Origin: an uncultured Candidatus Saccharibacteria bacterium
GTDB lineage: Bacteria > Patescibacteriota > Minisyncoccia > Phycocordibacterales > EsbW-18
Length of the DNA stretch: 64,000 nucleotides
Assembly (NCBI GenBank): GCA_964478705.1
Contig: CAYZIR010000004.1
Span: forward strand, 2,905-66,904
Direction: 5' to 3'
Each line of letters opens with the position of its first letter. The stretch's first letter is position 1. Below, piece after piece: positions 9,830 to 18,973 of the stretch. The notes under the pieces were generated by a model. The model made no database searches. It was given only the letters and a program-made list of their open reading frames with translations, and had not been told where the DNA came from. The translations under genes were made by a program, and so were the position numbers.

Positions 9830-9863
9830 TGACGACACAATAATTTTCGGTATAATCTCTTTC
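9830..9863 (+). promoter_or_regulatory. sigma70-like promoter TTGACG-16 bp-TATAAT
   Basis: Consensus -35/-10 about 50 nt upstream of the small-gene pair. Confidence 0.5.
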
Positions 9864-9914
9864 TAGGAGAGGTTCATTTCTGTCTAACGACTGTTTTTAG
9901 AAAGGAAGGTGTGC

Positions 9915-10232
9915 ATGATAGGTCGTCCGGATATCCTCGAGTATTTTTCGAGTCTCGAGGAGCTCGAGAAAATTCACAACGATCCGCAATTTCATGCGGG
10001 GCTGCTCATTGAGCAGATCTCGCTTGAACTTGCGACGACAGGAGTATCGTTGATACGAATCGGTTCTATGCCGATTCGCGCGGAAACGCTCAGTATCGTC
10101 ATTCGGAAGTTTCGACGCTACGGTATTGTGGTGCATCCGCAAGACGGGCTTTCTGAAATTCGGTTTTCTGTTCCAGCAGGGGTGAAAGAACTTACCCCCG
10201 CGAAGGTGAAGGAGATATTGGATGGTGAGTAA
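9915..10232 (+). CDS. hypothetical small protein (about 105 aa), first gene of an overlapping pair
   Basis: RBS AGGAAGGTG; stop overlaps the next start (ATGGTGAGTAA). Confidence 0.45.
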   Translation: MIGRPDILEYFSSLEELEKIHNDPQFHAGLLIEQISLELATTGVSLIRIGSMPIRAETLSIVIRKFRRYGIVVHPQDGLSEIRFSVPAGVKELTPAKVKEILDGE

Positions 10233-10530
10233 GAAGGGTGCTCGCAAAAGAGTTGCCACGCGAGGTGATTCGCTCGCACAAGAGGATGAATTCATCAGAG
10301 AGATGAGTCGTCCTCGACGACAGCTTGGAGATGACGACGCGCAGGTCGTCGCCAAGCTCGTGAAGGATCGACGGATCACCAGTGTCCGTCTTCGCTTCAC
10401 CACCGCCGAAGTCGATATCGTGAGCGATGAGATGTCGGTGTGCGACTGCATCGGTGAGGGACACCTCTGCGATCGGCTTGATCTAGGAGCTCGCCTCCGC
10501 GCGCTCGTTGGGGATGGAGAGACAGATTGA
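10222..10530 (+). CDS. hypothetical small protein (102 aa), possible ribbon-helix-helix/antitoxin-like
   Basis: Translationally coupled to the upstream ORF; basic N-terminus KKGARKRVATRGD, acidic core. Confidence 0.4.
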   Translation: MVSKKGARKRVATRGDSLAQEDEFIREMSRPRRQLGDDDAQVVAKLVKDRRITSVRLRFTTAEVDIVSDEMSVCDCIGEGHLCDRLDLGARLRALVGDGETD

Positions 10531-10623
10531 CATATCACCGCGATTGCCGTACAGGCAGTCGCGTTTTTGTATATACTCTGCTTTTCTTGTATACAGTAGA
10601 GAGAATGTATTGGCGCGAGGAGA

Positions 10624-11004
10624 ATGCGTATGGAGCTCGTTGTTCGACCCAGACGCAAACCATTGCGTCTGTGGGTGTTATCGCATGTGTTTGATCGATA
10701 TATCGACTGGAACTGGGAGTGGGGGAGATATATCGACGAGACCGTAGCGCGGGAAGAAGTCGTCAGGCTCCTTGAGGTGATGCAACCACGACAGATGCCC
10801 TGGCAATTGGTGCTTGAACGTACCGTGAAGCATGGTGAGCTTGCTGAGTATTGGCACTCGGCGTCATGGAGATTCGTTGTACTCCACTATGCATCAGTGC
10901 GAGTGGTGGTGACCGTTGAGCCCGATGCTGACCACGCAGTGCATCGGGCGCCAGAAATAACAAAATTTTTCCGAGAATTGAAATCGTATGCCGTGACCGC
11001 CTAA
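10624..11004 (+). CDS. hypothetical protein (126 aa)
   Basis: RBS GAGGAG 7 nt upstream; preceded by the TTGTATATAC / TTGTATACAG palindromic repeats. Confidence 0.45.
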   Translation: MRMELVVRPRRKPLRLWVLSHVFDRYIDWNWEWGRYIDETVAREEVVRLLEVMQPRQMPWQLVLERTVKHGELAEYWHSASWRFVVLHYASVRVVVTVEPDADHAVHRAPEITKFFRELKSYAVTA

Positions 11005-11073
11005 TCTGCGTGCACGGCTTTTCCTTTTGTATGCATGTCGTATACTACACAGTGACAGAGTGTTCTTTTCCTG

Positions 11074-13101
11074 ATGAACTACGACCCACACCGAATCACC
11101 TATATCGGCGAAACAGACTATCGCAACAAGCGAGTCAAGTTTGGTATTAAAGCGATTGACCGCACCCGCCACGTCTACATCATCGGTAAAACCGGTACCG
11201 GTAAATCGACCTTGCTTGAAAACATGGCGGTGCAGGATATTCAGAATGGCGAAGGATTCGCGTTCATCGATCCGCACGGTAAAACCGCTGACCTTCTTCT
11301 CGACTACATTCCCGAGCATCGCATTAACGACGTACTCTATTTTGCGCCGTTTGACCTCGCAAACCCCATCTCATTCAACGTGATGGAAGATATCGGCCCC
11401 GACAAGCGTCACCTTGTGGCGGCAGGTTTGATGTCCGCGTTCAAGAAGATCTGGGTTGATGCATGGAGCGCCCGCATGGAATACATGTTGAGCAACACAA
11501 TTCTTGCACTCCTCGAGTATCCCGGCTCGACACTCCTTGGTATCAGTCGCATGTTCGCCGACAAAGAGTTTCGAAAGGAAGTCGTTGCGCATGTCACCGA
11601 CCCCGGTGTGAAATCGTTCTGGGAAAATGAATTCGCGAACTACACCGACAAGTTCGCTGCAGAAGCAACACCGGCGATTCAAAATAAGATTGGTCAATTC
11701 ACCGCGAACCCGGTCATCCGCAATCTCATCGGTCAGCCGAAATCAACGTTCAATATCCGCGAGATGATGGATAACCGAAAAATTTTGATCATTAACCTCT
11801 CGAAAGGGCAGGTTGGTGAAGATTCCGCAAACCTTCTCGGTTCGATGCTCATCACTAAGATTTATCTTGCCGCAATGTCGCGTGCTGATATGCGCGAACC
11901 CGATCTCGCGAAACTTCCAAACTTTTATCTCTACGTGGACGAGTTCCAGTCATTTGCGAATGAGTCTTTTGCAGATATTCTCTCTGAGGCACGAAAATAT
12001 AAATTGAACTTAACGATTGCGCACCAATACATTGAGCAAATGTCGGATGAAGTGCGTGCCGCGGTTTTCGGTAACGTTGGTACGATGATTACGTTTCGTG
12101 TTGGAGCGACTGACGCTGAGCATCTCGAGAAAGAATTCGCACCGCTCTTTACTGCAGAAGATTTGGTTAACCTTGGGTTTGCTCAGACGTATTTGAAACT
12201 CATGATTGATGGTATGTCGTCGGCACCGTTTTCATGTCACACACTTCCGCCGATTGCCGTACCACATATTTCGTACCGGGATATCGCTATTGCACGCTCA
12301 CGAGAACAATTTGCTCGCCCACGAGAGGTTGTTGAAGAAGAAATTATCGCATGGCATGAAAAATCGTTTGGCTCTGGTGGTGGCAACGGCTCACACGAGC
12401 AACGACGAGATGCAGGTGGTTCTCGTACGCAGAACGGCTCTCAGTTCAATGGGAATAATCGAAATGGACCGCCACGCGGTGATATGCGACGCGATGTTCG
12501 CCCAGGCGATATGCGTGATACACGAGGTAATTCGCGTCCGCCGGCACAAACACCAACACGCCCGCCTGAACCCATGGCGGAGTCCATTCCTATCTCCACA
12601 CCAACACCACCTCCGGTGAGCGTTCCTCGCGCACAACACTCAGAACCCGCACGTCCTCCGCAACAGACCAGCGGAACACAAAACCAAAACGGCCCACGGG
12701 AGTATGTTCCTCGCCAGCCAAACAATAAAAGTGGTGGTTCTGATGAGCGCGAAGAGCGCCTCCGTCATTCATTCTCACTGAACCGATTGAAGACCGATAG
12801 TAATAAGAAAAAAGATAAAGGACCAACGGAAGGTCGTCTTGATGAACTTCGCAATGCGCTCGCAACTGTGTTGCAAAAAACGCAAGAAGTTTCAGACAAG
12901 ATTGATAGTTCATCTGTGCCGGCACCTCAGAGCGCGCCAGTACTCCCGAAGACTGAGATACGAAATATTCCTCCGAAAGAGACGCCGCGCGCAGAGCGAC
13001 CAACAACCAACAACCAACAACCAACAACTCGGCAACCAGAAGCGAAGATTCCGGAAGTACCGAAGGAGGTGCTTGAAAAACTCTTCCAAAAGGAGTCGTA
13101 G
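11074..13101 (+). CDS. VirD4/TraD-family type IV coupling-protein-like ATPase (AAA_10/TraG-D_C type), cytoplasmic, with an about 250-aa disordered Q/P/R/N-rich C-terminal tail
   Basis: Walker A IIGKTGTGKST; Walker B LYVDEFQSF; LTIAHQ motif; tail from about aa 430 is low-complexity (GGGNGSHEQRRD...PPRGDMRRDVRPGDMRDTRGN...PTTNNQQPTTRQPE). Confidence 0.65.
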   Translation: MNYDPHRITYIGETDYRNKRVKFGIKAIDRTRHVYIIGKTGTGKSTLLENMAVQDIQNGEGFAFIDPHGKTADLLLDYIPEHRINDVLYFAPFDLANPISFNVMEDIGPDKRHLVAAGLMSAFKKIWVDAWSARMEYMLSNTILALLEYPGSTLLGISRMFADKEFRKEVVAHVTDPGVKSFWENEFANYTDKFAAEATPAIQNKIGQFTANPVIRNLIGQPKSTFNIREMMDNRKILIINLSKGQVGEDSANLLGSMLITKIYLAAMSRADMREPDLAKLPNFYLYVDEFQSFANESFADILSEARKYKLNLTIAHQYIEQMSDEVRAAVFGNVGTMITFRVGATDAEHLEKEFAPLFTAEDLVNLGFAQTYLKLMIDGMSSAPFSCHTLPPIAVPHISYRDIAIARSREQFARPREVVEEEIIAWHEKSFGSGGGNGSHEQRRDAGGSRTQNGSQFNGNNRNGPPRGDMRRDVRPGDMRDTRGNSRPPAQTPTRPPEPMAESIPISTPTPPPVSVPRAQHSEPARPPQQTSGTQNQNGPREYVPRQPNNKSGGSDEREERLRHSFSLNRLKTDSNKKKDKGPTEGRLDELRNALATVLQKTQEVSDKIDSSSVPAPQSAPVLPKTEIRNIPPKETPRAERPTTNNQQPTTRQPEAKIPEVPKEVLEKLFQKES

Positions 13102-13178
13102 ATAAACGCGGACAGAACAGAGAAAAAAGCAGAGTAGTTTTTATAGTTTCTTTAGCAACGCTCTGCTACTGTGCGCGC

Positions 13179-14354
13179 ATGCGTACAATTATTTTTTCTT
13201 TCGCACTTATCTGCGCATTCGCTGTTCCGGTCTTTGCGCACGGTGCAGTTGTTATCAATGAAATCGCATGGATGGGTACCGCGGTGTCTGCAAGCGATGA
13301 GTGGATAGAGCTCGTGAATACAGGAACAGATGACGTTTCTCTTTCCGGATGGAAAATAGTGTCGGACGACGGAGCGCCATCCATTTCGCTTTCTGGCACG
13401 ATTCCCGCGGGTGGATATTATTTACTTGAGCGAACCGACGACCAGAGTGTTCCGACTATCCCCGCGGACAAAATCTATAGCGGTGATCTTGGTAATGTAG
13501 GCGAAACACTCCGATTGCTAGACGGCGAAGGAGTCGCAGTCGATATTGTTATAGGAGGGTCAAATTGGGAGTCGATTGGTGGAAACAATACAACAAAAGA
13601 CACCCCACAACGGCAAGCCGATACCACATGGATTACGGGCGTCCCCACGCCAAAAGCCTTGAACACAGCAACACCGAGCGAAATCCCTTCTGATGGAACA
13701 GTTGCTGGAACAAGTACATCGCAAACCACAACGCTCAAGAAAAAAGTAACAACCGGTGGCTACAAACAAGTGGTGTTTGCATACGGTGGTGAAGATGTGG
13801 TTGGTATCGCTGGTGCATCGATCGCATTTGAAGGGCGCGCTGTCACCGATAAGAATACCCACATAGGATCCGCTGACTACTATTGGTCATTCGGGGATGG
13901 ATCGCATGCGAAGGGGAGAGAAGTCTCGCATGCATACGCCGAGCCAGGGACGTACACCACGGTGCTTCGCGTGTCCGGCGACTATCAAACATCAAAAGAC
14001 AAAATCTCGGTTAGGATTTTACCCTCCGATATACGCCTTCGTGAAAAAAATGCTGGCGAGCGGGGTTTTATTGAAGTCTATAACGGCTCTGATGAAGAAC
14101 TCGACATCTCGGAATGGAAGCTCGGTGTGCTCTATGCACGAGGAACGCTTCGCGATACAACGTTCACCATTCCGACTGATACAATCATTGCTCCACAAAC
14201 GGGTATCAAATTTTCATCACGCATCACCAACCTCATATTCGATGATCATGACACGGTTGTCTTGCAGTATCCCAATGGTGCTCGTGCGGATGAACTCAGT
14301 GATGCTATTTCTGGTGTCGATGAAGAGTTATCAGACGTAGCAGACTCAGAATGA
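13179..14354 (+). CDS. secreted lamin-tail-domain (LTD) protein with a PKD-like middle domain (LTD-PKD-LTD)
   Basis: Signal peptide; VVINEIAWMGT...DEWIELVN...GWKI and FIEVYNGSD...EWKL LTD signatures; WSFGDGSHAKGREVSHAY...GTYTTVLRV PKD motif. Confidence 0.6.
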   Translation: MRTIIFSFALICAFAVPVFAHGAVVINEIAWMGTAVSASDEWIELVNTGTDDVSLSGWKIVSDDGAPSISLSGTIPAGGYYLLERTDDQSVPTIPADKIYSGDLGNVGETLRLLDGEGVAVDIVIGGSNWESIGGNNTTKDTPQRQADTTWITGVPTPKALNTATPSEIPSDGTVAGTSTSQTTTLKKKVTTGGYKQVVFAYGGEDVVGIAGASIAFEGRAVTDKNTHIGSADYYWSFGDGSHAKGREVSHAYAEPGTYTTVLRVSGDYQTSKDKISVRILPSDIRLREKNAGERGFIEVYNGSDEELDISEWKLGVLYARGTLRDTTFTIPTDTIIAPQTGIKFSSRITNLIFDDHDTVVLQYPNGARADELSDAISGVDEELSDVADSE

Positions 14355-14513
14355 GTACAGGAGGATTCCTCATGATTATTATTCTTTCGGCGGTTGTGTT
14401 TTCTATAAAACCGAGGAGAACTTCAGACGTCCGCAACGACACTTCCGATGCTTCACAGTATACGATTATAGACATCACACCGGTCGAATAAGGTATGGTA
14501 GGATGGCTCTATT

Positions 14514-15758
14514 ATGGAACTTAGAAAGCCACGCCGAGTCCTCATATTTTCCTTGATGTATTCGCCGTTTATGAGCGGTGGTGAAATGGCTCCAGACGAG
14601 ATCACAAGGCGTATATCAAAAGAAGATATACAGTTCGATCTCATCGCGCTTCGTGCAGACAAAAATCTTCCAAAAACCGAGCAGGTGGGCAACGTCACGC
14701 TTCATCGCATCGGTCCTTCGAAAAGAGGCATTACCTTCACTGAGCTCGGGCGTTTCCCATGGTATCTCATCAAGGTGCTCTATGTTCCGCTCGCAGCTTT
14801 GAAAGCGCGTCATCTGTCTCGTAAGGGAAAGTACGACGCATACTGGTGTGTCATGACTAACATGGGATTCGTTCCTGTGGTACTCCGAATGTTCTTCGGC
14901 GACAAAACCCCCTTCATTCTCACACTTCAAGACGGCGACACGAAAGAGCATATTGCGGGGCGCCGTCGTATCCGCCTCTTCGCTCCACTTTTTAAGCGCA
15001 TATTCACCGATGCGACGACCGTGCAAGTAATATCGAAGTATCTCGCAACCTTCGCAAAGGAGATGGGATACCCGCGTGAACCGGTTGTTATTCCTAACGG
15101 AGTTGATTACAAACACTTTTCCGACCCTCGTTGGAAACAAGAGCGCCAGAAACTTATTTATCGTTTCAACAAAAAACCAAACGATTTTTTCCTTGTCACC
15201 ACATCACGACTTGTACCAAAAAATGCGCTTGACGATGTCATTCGTGCGCTCGCGCTACTACCTGATCGCTATAAGTTTTTGGTCTTGGGTGACGGGCCTC
15301 AGGGGGCAGAACTATGGGAGCTTGCGCAAAAGCTTGGTGTTGAGAAGCGAGTCATGTTTCTCGGTAAGGTTCCATTCAATGACGTTCCTGCTCATCTTGC
15401 AGTGAGTGATATCTTTGTTCGACCATCGCTTTCGGAAGGTATGGGTTCGAGCTTCGTCGAAGCGATGGCAACGGGGCTTCCGGTTATCGCCACACCTGTT
15501 GGTGGTATTCCAGATTTTCTACATGATCCCGCAACACCGATCGGCAAAGACGCTCCAACAGGGATTTTTTGTAACGTCCGCGATCCACAAAGTATTGCGG
15601 ATGCGGTCGAGCGTCTTGTTGCAAGCGAAACATTACGTACTCACATTATCGACAACGCGCGTGCCCTTGTAGAGCATACCTACGATTGGAACACTATTAC
15701 GCAAGACATGTTCACAAAAGTATTCAAACCTATTTTTGAGCAAGACTCGACGCACTAA
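14514..15758 (+). CDS. glycosyltransferase family 4 (GT-B, Glycos_transf_1)
   Basis: C-terminal GT4 core ...EGMGSSFVEAMATGLPVIATPVGGIPDF... Confidence 0.75.
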   Translation: MELRKPRRVLIFSLMYSPFMSGGEMAPDEITRRISKEDIQFDLIALRADKNLPKTEQVGNVTLHRIGPSKRGITFTELGRFPWYLIKVLYVPLAALKARHLSRKGKYDAYWCVMTNMGFVPVVLRMFFGDKTPFILTLQDGDTKEHIAGRRRIRLFAPLFKRIFTDATTVQVISKYLATFAKEMGYPREPVVIPNGVDYKHFSDPRWKQERQKLIYRFNKKPNDFFLVTTSRLVPKNALDDVIRALALLPDRYKFLVLGDGPQGAELWELAQKLGVEKRVMFLGKVPFNDVPAHLAVSDIFVRPSLSEGMGSSFVEAMATGLPVIATPVGGIPDFLHDPATPIGKDAPTGIFCNVRDPQSIADAVERLVASETLRTHIIDNARALVEHTYDWNTITQDMFTKVFKPIFEQDSTH

Positions 15759-15782
15759 TGGTTTTCACGTACTCTGGGAACT

Positions 15783-16793
15783 ATGCGGATTCTTATAGCG
15801 ACAGGCGTTTACCCGCCAGAGGCAGGTGGTCCCGCGTTTTACGCGAAAAGCCTTAAAGATGAGTTTGAGAAACTCGAGCATACGGTAGCAATTCGCACGT
15901 TTACTCTAGAGCGTTCGTTGCCAACAGGTGTCCGACATCTCTGGTATTTTCTAAAGACATTTCCATCGTACGTGAGGGCGGATTGTGTTCTTGTGTTTGA
16001 TACATTTAGTGTTGGTTTTCCAATTGCTCTTATGTATAAAGTGCTACGACGACGGACAATTCTTCGTATCGGCGGGGATTTTGTGTGGGAACAGTATGTT
16101 GAACGGACGAAAGAAAAGGTTCTTCTCTCGCAGTTTTACAAAGCAGACAGAATATTCTCTTTCAAGGAGCGACTGATTGTACGCGCGACGAAGTTTGTGC
16201 TTCGAACCATTCCCGCAATTGTTTTTAATACAGAATTTCAAAAAAATATTTGGATACCTGCATACCAGATTCCCGCTACCAAAACATCAGTCATCGAGAA
16301 TCGTTTCGAACCACCGATACACGTCGCCCCTGTGAATGCACATAAAACATTTGTCTACGCTGCGGCTCGCCCATTGGTATGGAAAAACGCCGATATGGCA
16401 GAGCGCGCATTTGATAGTGTCCGTAGGTCTATGCCTGATGCCCGACTGGAGTTTCTGTTCGGTGTCTCTCGTGAAGAAGCGATACAAAAAATCAAAGACT
16501 CCTATGCTTGTATACTGACATCACTGGGTGACCTCGGTCCAAACTATATTCTTCGAGCACTTTCGTTTGGTAAGCCGGTCATTCTCTCGCGTGAGATCGG
16601 CATTCGTGATCGTGTGGGGGACATCGCACTCTATGTTGACCCGTTGGATCCACAGGCGATTGCTGATGCTGTGGTGCGTTTATGCGATCCAAACGTCTAT
16701 GCTGACTATCAGCGTCGCGTTGCGACAATTCACTATACACACACGTATGCTGATATTGCACAGGAATTCCTCACACTATGTCAGACGCTATAA
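15783..16793 (+). CDS. GT-B fold glycosyltransferase (GT1/GT4-like)
   Basis: N-terminal MRILIATGVYPPEAGGPA typical of GT4 N-domain. Confidence 0.6.
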   Translation: MRILIATGVYPPEAGGPAFYAKSLKDEFEKLEHTVAIRTFTLERSLPTGVRHLWYFLKTFPSYVRADCVLVFDTFSVGFPIALMYKVLRRRTILRIGGDFVWEQYVERTKEKVLLSQFYKADRIFSFKERLIVRATKFVLRTIPAIVFNTEFQKNIWIPAYQIPATKTSVIENRFEPPIHVAPVNAHKTFVYAAARPLVWKNADMAERAFDSVRRSMPDARLEFLFGVSREEAIQKIKDSYACILTSLGDLGPNYILRALSFGKPVILSREIGIRDRVGDIALYVDPLDPQAIADAVVRLCDPNVYADYQRRVATIHYTHTYADIAQEFLTLCQTL

Positions 16794-18973
16794 AACAACC
16801 TGTCCTTATACTTTCTATTGACCCATCACTCTTCGATGCCAAGAGCGATACGGTTGCACGTATGAGGGAATACACAAATCTCTACGAGAGTGTTCATGTT
16901 GTTGTGTGTACGAAAGGCAGGAAGACCTCACGATTCGAAATCGCTCCTCTGGTGCATGTCCATCCCGCTCGCTATTGGTTACGACCACTCGGTTTTTTTC
17001 AGGCACTCTACCAGACATGGCGAGTAGCATCTCAGATACGACCCGCTTCGATTATCGCGCAAGATGCCTCGATGTTCGGTGCCATGGCACTTGTCGTTGG
17101 AAAACTCAAAAATATTCCGGTTGTTGTTGGTATTTATGGAACCGATGCATATAACGCATTCATTCGCCGAGAATCAATCAAACACTGGTTTTATTCTGTC
17201 ATGGCGAAAGTTATTCTACGTTTCGCTGATGTCATTCAAACTGACGGACCAGAAACAGTAGAACGGCTTCGTCAGCGTTTCGGTACTAAAGTGTTTTTCA
17301 AGCCCATGTTCGCAGGGAACAGCGACGCGCTTCGTACGATCGTTCGACATGTTCCCAAACAGATTTTCCGCATTCTTTTCGTCGGACGTTTCGTATCGCA
17401 AAAGAACATCCCATTGCTTCTCGAGGTAATAACAGAAACAAAACGACTCATGGGGAATAGTGTTTGTTTTACACTGGTTGGTGACGGTCCTGAAAAAAAA
17501 GATTTCATGCGAAAAATTACTGACCGTGGACTTTCGGATATCGTTACGGATGCCGGTGTGCTTGCGCGCGACGAAATACTCGATGCATACAGTACGCACC
17601 ATATCCTTCTTATTACATCCCGCTATGAAGGATTTCCTCGTGTCTTTATGGAGGCAGCGCTTGTTGGGATGCCGATTGTCACGACAGATGTTGGCGGTGT
17701 TGCTGGGTTAATTGAAAACGGTGTCAGCGGATACGTCCTTCCGCAGGGGAGCACGGGAGGTGACTTTGTAAAAGTGTTCCAAGGATTGGTACACAACGAA
17801 CCATTGTATACAAAACTCTCTGCTGGTATCAAAGAGCGTTGGGAGAAGCTCTATGGCGGGAAGACCGTACTCGACTATCAGCGTCCGTTGGTTGAATTTC
17901 TCACACGACCACGTCGCCCCAAAATGCTCATCCTCACGCAAAAAGTCGACAAGAACGATGGTAACCTCGGTTTCTTCCATCGATGGATTGAAGAATTTGC
18001 CAAACAGAGTGAGTCAGTGACTGTTATTTGCCTCTACGAAGGTGTGCACCATCTGCCGGTGAACGTACGCGTGTTATCACTTGGAAAAGAGTCTGGTGTG
18101 TCGCGCATGAAATATCTTCGACGATTCTATTCGTATATTTGGAACGAGCGGAAAAACTATGATTCGGTGTTCGTACACATGAATCAAATCTATGCCATTC
18201 TCGGTGGATTGCTGTGGCGGTTGCTGGGGAAGCGAATTGGCTTGTGGTACACACATGGTTCTGTGAGTGTTTCATTGCGAGTGGCAGCATTTTTTGTGCA
18301 CGACGTATTCACATCAACGGCAGAGAGTTTTCGTATTGGAACACGTAAAAAGCATATTGTTGGGCATGGTATCGATACGAGTGTATTTCTCCCTACTGTT
18401 ACACCTCCTTCGCGCGATGGTCTACACTGCATTACATTTGGGAGAATGTCTCCGGTCAAAGAATATGAAACAATCATTGACGCACTTAACATTCTCATAA
18501 AGAAAGGAATTGCTATTGACCTTATCATCATCGGAAGCGCTGGGACACCTGCGCAGACGGTGTATCAAAAAAAACTTCATGAGCGTGTCACGAGGGTCGA
18601 CCTTTCACGGTATGTTTCATTTGTTGATGCGGTTCCGCAACAAGAGATGCTTCCGTATTTACACCGAGCACATGTGTTTGTGAGCGCCAGCGCTACAGGA
18701 AGTCTTGATAAAGCACCGCTTGAGGCGATGGCTGCGGGGCTTCCTGTTATAACCTGTAACGAGGGGATGGTTGGTATTGCAAACCGGTGTTCTGCTATCA
18801 CTATGTTTGCTCCACACGATGTACAAGGTCTTGCGGATGCACTTGAACGATTCAATACTTTTTCTCACGAGACACTTACTGCGATGAGTGCAGATGTACA
18901 GCGTGTCGCACAAGAGTATGCAGTCGATACACTCGTCGCGCGAATAGTGGATATTCTAAGAGCAACAGCATGA
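16778..18973 (+). CDS. tandem two-module GT4 glycosyltransferase (731 aa)
   Basis: Two complete GT-B cores: EGFPRVFMEAALVGMPIVTTDVGG and KAPLEAMAAGLPVITCNEG. Confidence 0.7.
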   Translation: MSDAIKQPVLILSIDPSLFDAKSDTVARMREYTNLYESVHVVVCTKGRKTSRFEIAPLVHVHPARYWLRPLGFFQALYQTWRVASQIRPASIIAQDASMFGAMALVVGKLKNIPVVVGIYGTDAYNAFIRRESIKHWFYSVMAKVILRFADVIQTDGPETVERLRQRFGTKVFFKPMFAGNSDALRTIVRHVPKQIFRILFVGRFVSQKNIPLLLEVITETKRLMGNSVCFTLVGDGPEKKDFMRKITDRGLSDIVTDAGVLARDEILDAYSTHHILLITSRYEGFPRVFMEAALVGMPIVTTDVGGVAGLIENGVSGYVLPQGSTGGDFVKVFQGLVHNEPLYTKLSAGIKERWEKLYGGKTVLDYQRPLVEFLTRPRRPKMLILTQKVDKNDGNLGFFHRWIEEFAKQSESVTVICLYEGVHHLPVNVRVLSLGKESGVSRMKYLRRFYSYIWNERKNYDSVFVHMNQIYAILGGLLWRLLGKRIGLWYTHGSVSVSLRVAAFFVHDVFTSTAESFRIGTRKKHIVGHGIDTSVFLPTVTPPSRDGLHCITFGRMSPVKEYETIIDALNILIKKGIAIDLIIIGSAGTPAQTVYQKKLHERVTRVDLSRYVSFVDAVPQQEMLPYLHRAHVFVSASATGSLDKAPLEAMAAGLPVITCNEGMVGIANRCSAITMFAPHDVQGLADALERFNTFSHETLTAMSADVQRVAQEYAVDTLVARIVDILRATA

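Noticed and set aside
9897-10658. 253-aa minus-strand ORF overlapping the small-gene pair
   Set aside because: Low-complexity Ser/Arg-rich translation, antisense to two well-formed co-directional ORFs with promoter and RBS; typical antisense artefact.
10894-11319. 141-aa minus-strand ORF overlapping the start of the T4CP-like gene
   Set aside because: Antisense to a Walker-A-containing region of a clearly real gene; no RBS.
12590-13027. 145-aa minus-strand ORF
   Set aside because: Lies antisense to the disordered tail region of 11074-13101; its composition mirrors the sense strand low complexity.
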